Below are positions 61,392-64,000 of a DNA stretch of 64,000 bases, piece after piece. The notes beneath the pieces are model-generated. The model was given only the letters and a program-made list of their open reading frames with translations, made no database searches and had not been told where the DNA came from. Each line of letters starts with the position of its first letter. The first letter of the stretch is position 1. The translations under genes and the position numbers were made by a program. This stretch comes from Ramazzottius varieornatus (taxonomy: Eukaryota; Animalia; Tardigrada). The stretch spans positions 3,365,324-3,429,323 of the forward strand of contig BDGG01000001.1 in the NCBI GenBank assembly GCA_001949185.1, written 5' to 3'.

Positions 61392-63212
61392 GCATCCAGC
61401 TGAGCACGATCTCGCCGATTGCTGCTGTGTCAATTTACAGTATTCCACTTCAAATATTATTACCGCTGGGTGTTACTTTATTGTGAGTCAGTGACTCTAC
61501 GAGTTTGAGAAATCTGTATTCGATACTTTCTCGCGTTTGAGTGGAGGGATTTAGTCGAAAGAGACAGCAAAAGCACCTTCTAGCGACGTTGCATGATAAC
61601 TATGGTGCTCTGAGCTGACGTAGAAAGTTTGGAAGACAGCAGATAGAGGATTTTGTCGCTCTCTACTTTTGGTCAGGAATCTTCCTCGCGAATTGAATTG
61701 TAATCGATGTTGCAGAGTGGCAAGCAATTTTTTGTGGTTCACTTCGGAATCATGGCAAGTTCAAAATGAAATATATTCGTGAGGCTTCGAGTCTGATCGT
61801 GTTCTCTGTCTATCGATGGCGGCAAAATGCGGCGGGTTGGAGCAGGTGATAGTGTGCGATAAGGTGTTTGAGCAAGGCTGGCAGACCTTATCTTGTCCCT
61901 TATCACCATTTTTGTGTCGTTTGGCTGCGCTAGTTGTTGGGTGGAAAGGTTTGCAGCGACATTTTCTGTATACACGGGGTGAACCTGTGACTGTGTCGAA
62001 AGATAGACGACACGTTACTTTTTCCCGTGGTAGTCCGGCTGGAAGACCGAGCCACGTTGCGCTCAGCGCCATATCTGTTTTTCGGAGGCTTTACGTAAAC
62101 TGCCGTATCCTTTTCGATAGCTATGCAAATACCGGCGAGCGTATCCCTTGTATGCTTTGCCCGGTCTTCCTGCCGACTTTTATCTTGCGATGGACATGTC
62201 CAATATGAATTGTCTTATTCTCTTACCCGATAAGTATCCTCTGTTCAAACACTGGCCGACTGTGATGTGGTTGTTCTCCTAGAGTTCTGCTCGGCGTCGC
62301 TATAAAATTGTGAAGCCTTGCCGATACAATTGGAGGTCAATCACTTTCAAATCGTCGTTATGGCCTTTTTATCGACCCATTCGCAATCTTTATGACCGCG
62401 GTCAACCAATGGTCCTCCTGGCTACCGGATTTACTCAAACGACCGCTCCCAACTACAGAGAACCGTTGCGGACCCATACGTCTGGATGGACCATTGATTG
62501 CTTTGAACAGGTGGACTGTAGTATGAGTTGGAAGGCTAGGCTCTAGCACAGGCCATGCCGGTTTCCTCCGTACGGAGTTTACTTCCGTTGCCAGATCTAC
62601 CTCTTCCAGCTCATACTGCTTCATCGCCTTCACCACAGTACTTCGTGACGACAGAGGACTTATCACGAGCTGCAGGGTCGCAGAAACTGGTACGCTGGGA
62701 CCTCAAGCGTGACTGGCGAGGGGGATTCCGTTCACTAAGATATTGTTCAAGTGAGATTCCTTCCTCCTCAGTGACACTTACCGCAGCAATTGAGCCTATT
62801 AGCTTGTAATTTGGAGACACAATACTCTCCGGTACGTGTGCACATGGTGAAAGGGAATAAGGTAAGGAGCTCAATCCGACGAACTTTCGCAACGCGCATG
62901 CCCGTCACACGAGATGTTTAAATTTTAATTCCACAACTACTTATGTACACTCGGAGTTCTGTCCACTATAGGATATTGCAGAAACCGGGAAAGCTATAGC
63001 ACAACCGGGTACTGGCAAACCGATTAAATGGTAAGGCAGCAAATGACACATTGCTGTATTCTCTTCCGCCTTAAACGGTATACATGAACCCTAATACTAT
63101 TTTTGTGCTAAACGCACTGCAGAATCACAGTTGTACTTTCCAGCCTTCGTCGACAAGCAAACTCAAAAGCGGTTAACTAAAGCTCAAATTACAGCAATCA
63201 AAGAAGAAATCA

Positions 63213-64000
63213 CTATGTCGGTTCCGGTCCAGACTGCGGATTCAACGGTACAACGTCTGGCGTCAGCGAGCGCTTTTCCCTACGAAGAATGCCCAGCTGG
63301 TCTTTCGTATGCAACAGGTCCTTGCGTAGCCGTGCATTCTCGTCCTCACGAAGGCATACCGCTGTCATCAGTGCGGAAAGCCGGCGGTTCAAACTGAGCG
63401 TCAGGTCCTCCAACTGGAACACATCCAGCAACGGCACGAGGATCTTTGTTTGTACCGCCGTGTCACACCTTCCATTCACCGCTTCGCAAGACTCGACCTC
63501 CGAGACCATTCGCGCACTTGTTGCCGGCACTGTGGTGTTTAGCGATGACGTAACCATCGCCGTTAGGCTTTGTACGTTTTCAAGAGCTTCCAGAATCAAA
63601 CCTTTCGGGTCTGTTTGGCTCGTTGTCTGTGACACCGGTTCAGGTGTGGGCTCTTTGGAACTTGCGACAGAGATGCCACCTGGCGGTCTGTCAGGTGAAA
63701 TGCGTAGGATATCGGAGACCAGTCTCTTCTTATCTCGCAGAGCCTCTTCCAGCTTATTGTCACTTCTGCGTACTTGCTCTGCAAAAAAATATGATGTGAA
63801 CAAAAATAAAAGTTTTTCCGGCAACGAAACTGGTTTCGCCATTTTTCCCACGAAACGCCTGTCAAGTTGGTGCCGGGCACGGCCTTGGTAGGTCTTTGTC
63901 CGAAATAGGGCAAAATTATCAAACTGGCGCGCTAAATAGCTCCTGAGTATTTGATACTGCACTGAACGAAGAAGTGTGAGCGTACCGTAAGGTGTTACGA
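63213..64000 (-). CDS. 3' end of a probable RhoGEF2/ARHGEF11-12-like gene (coiled-coil C-terminus), continues beyond window
   Basis: EQVRRSDNKLEEALRDKKRLVSDILRI and SLNRRLSALMTAVCLREDENARLRKDL resemble, from memory, the arthropod RhoGEF2 C-terminal region; no DH/PH domain lies inside the window. Confidence 0.5.
   Translation of the reverse strand, partial: VTPYGTLTLLRSVQYQILRSYLARQFDNFALFRTKTYQGRARHQLDRRFVGKMAKPVSLPEKLLFLFTSYFFAEQVRRSDNKLEEALRDKKRLVSDILRISPDRPPGGISVASSKEPTPEPVSQTTSQTDPKGLILEALENVQSLTAMVTSSLNTTVPATSARMVSEVESCEAVNGRCDTAVQTKILVPLLDVFQLEDLTLSLNRRLSALMTAVCLREDENARLRKDLLHTKDQLGILRREKRSLTPDVVPLNPQSGPEPT

Noticed and set aside
61551-62892. Minus-strand low-complexity ORF fragments
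   Set aside because: Could be an orphan gene or UTR; no exon chain or motif established.

Overview
Gene-dense eukaryotic (animal) genomic DNA with mostly 50-70 nt GT-AG introns. The compactness and a highly divergent receptor guanylyl cyclase suggest a tardigrade-like ecdysozoan, but this is inference only. Genes in order: 3' end of a DGAT2/MOGAT acyltransferase, RSRC1-like, leishmanolysin-like peptidase, NAPRT, amphiphysin, NALCN (EEKE filter), TBCA, receptor guanylyl cyclase, single-LIM muscle LIM protein, GTPBP1, a non-NMDA ionotropic glutamate receptor, a clan-2 cytochrome P450, an SLC18B1-like MFS transporter, an orphan 4-TM protein, a divergent casein kinase 1 and the 3' end of a RhoGEF2-like gene. 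The last amphiphysin intron hosts an antisense KLHDC10 gene and a complete pogo/Tigger transposon. Most notable: (1) the iGluR keeps its glutamate-binding residues but has the SYTANLAAF gate rewritten to HFVAKLASV and Met at the Q/R site; (2) two related PIF/Harbinger-type MITEs sit side by side in the intron right after that site; (3) a ~130-bp fold-back repeat family has 7 copies, 6 of them intronic, and twice brackets exons as oppositely oriented pairs; (4) the pogo transposase exon 2 is splice-phase compatible with amphiphysin. All exon structures were read by eye and no database searches were run.
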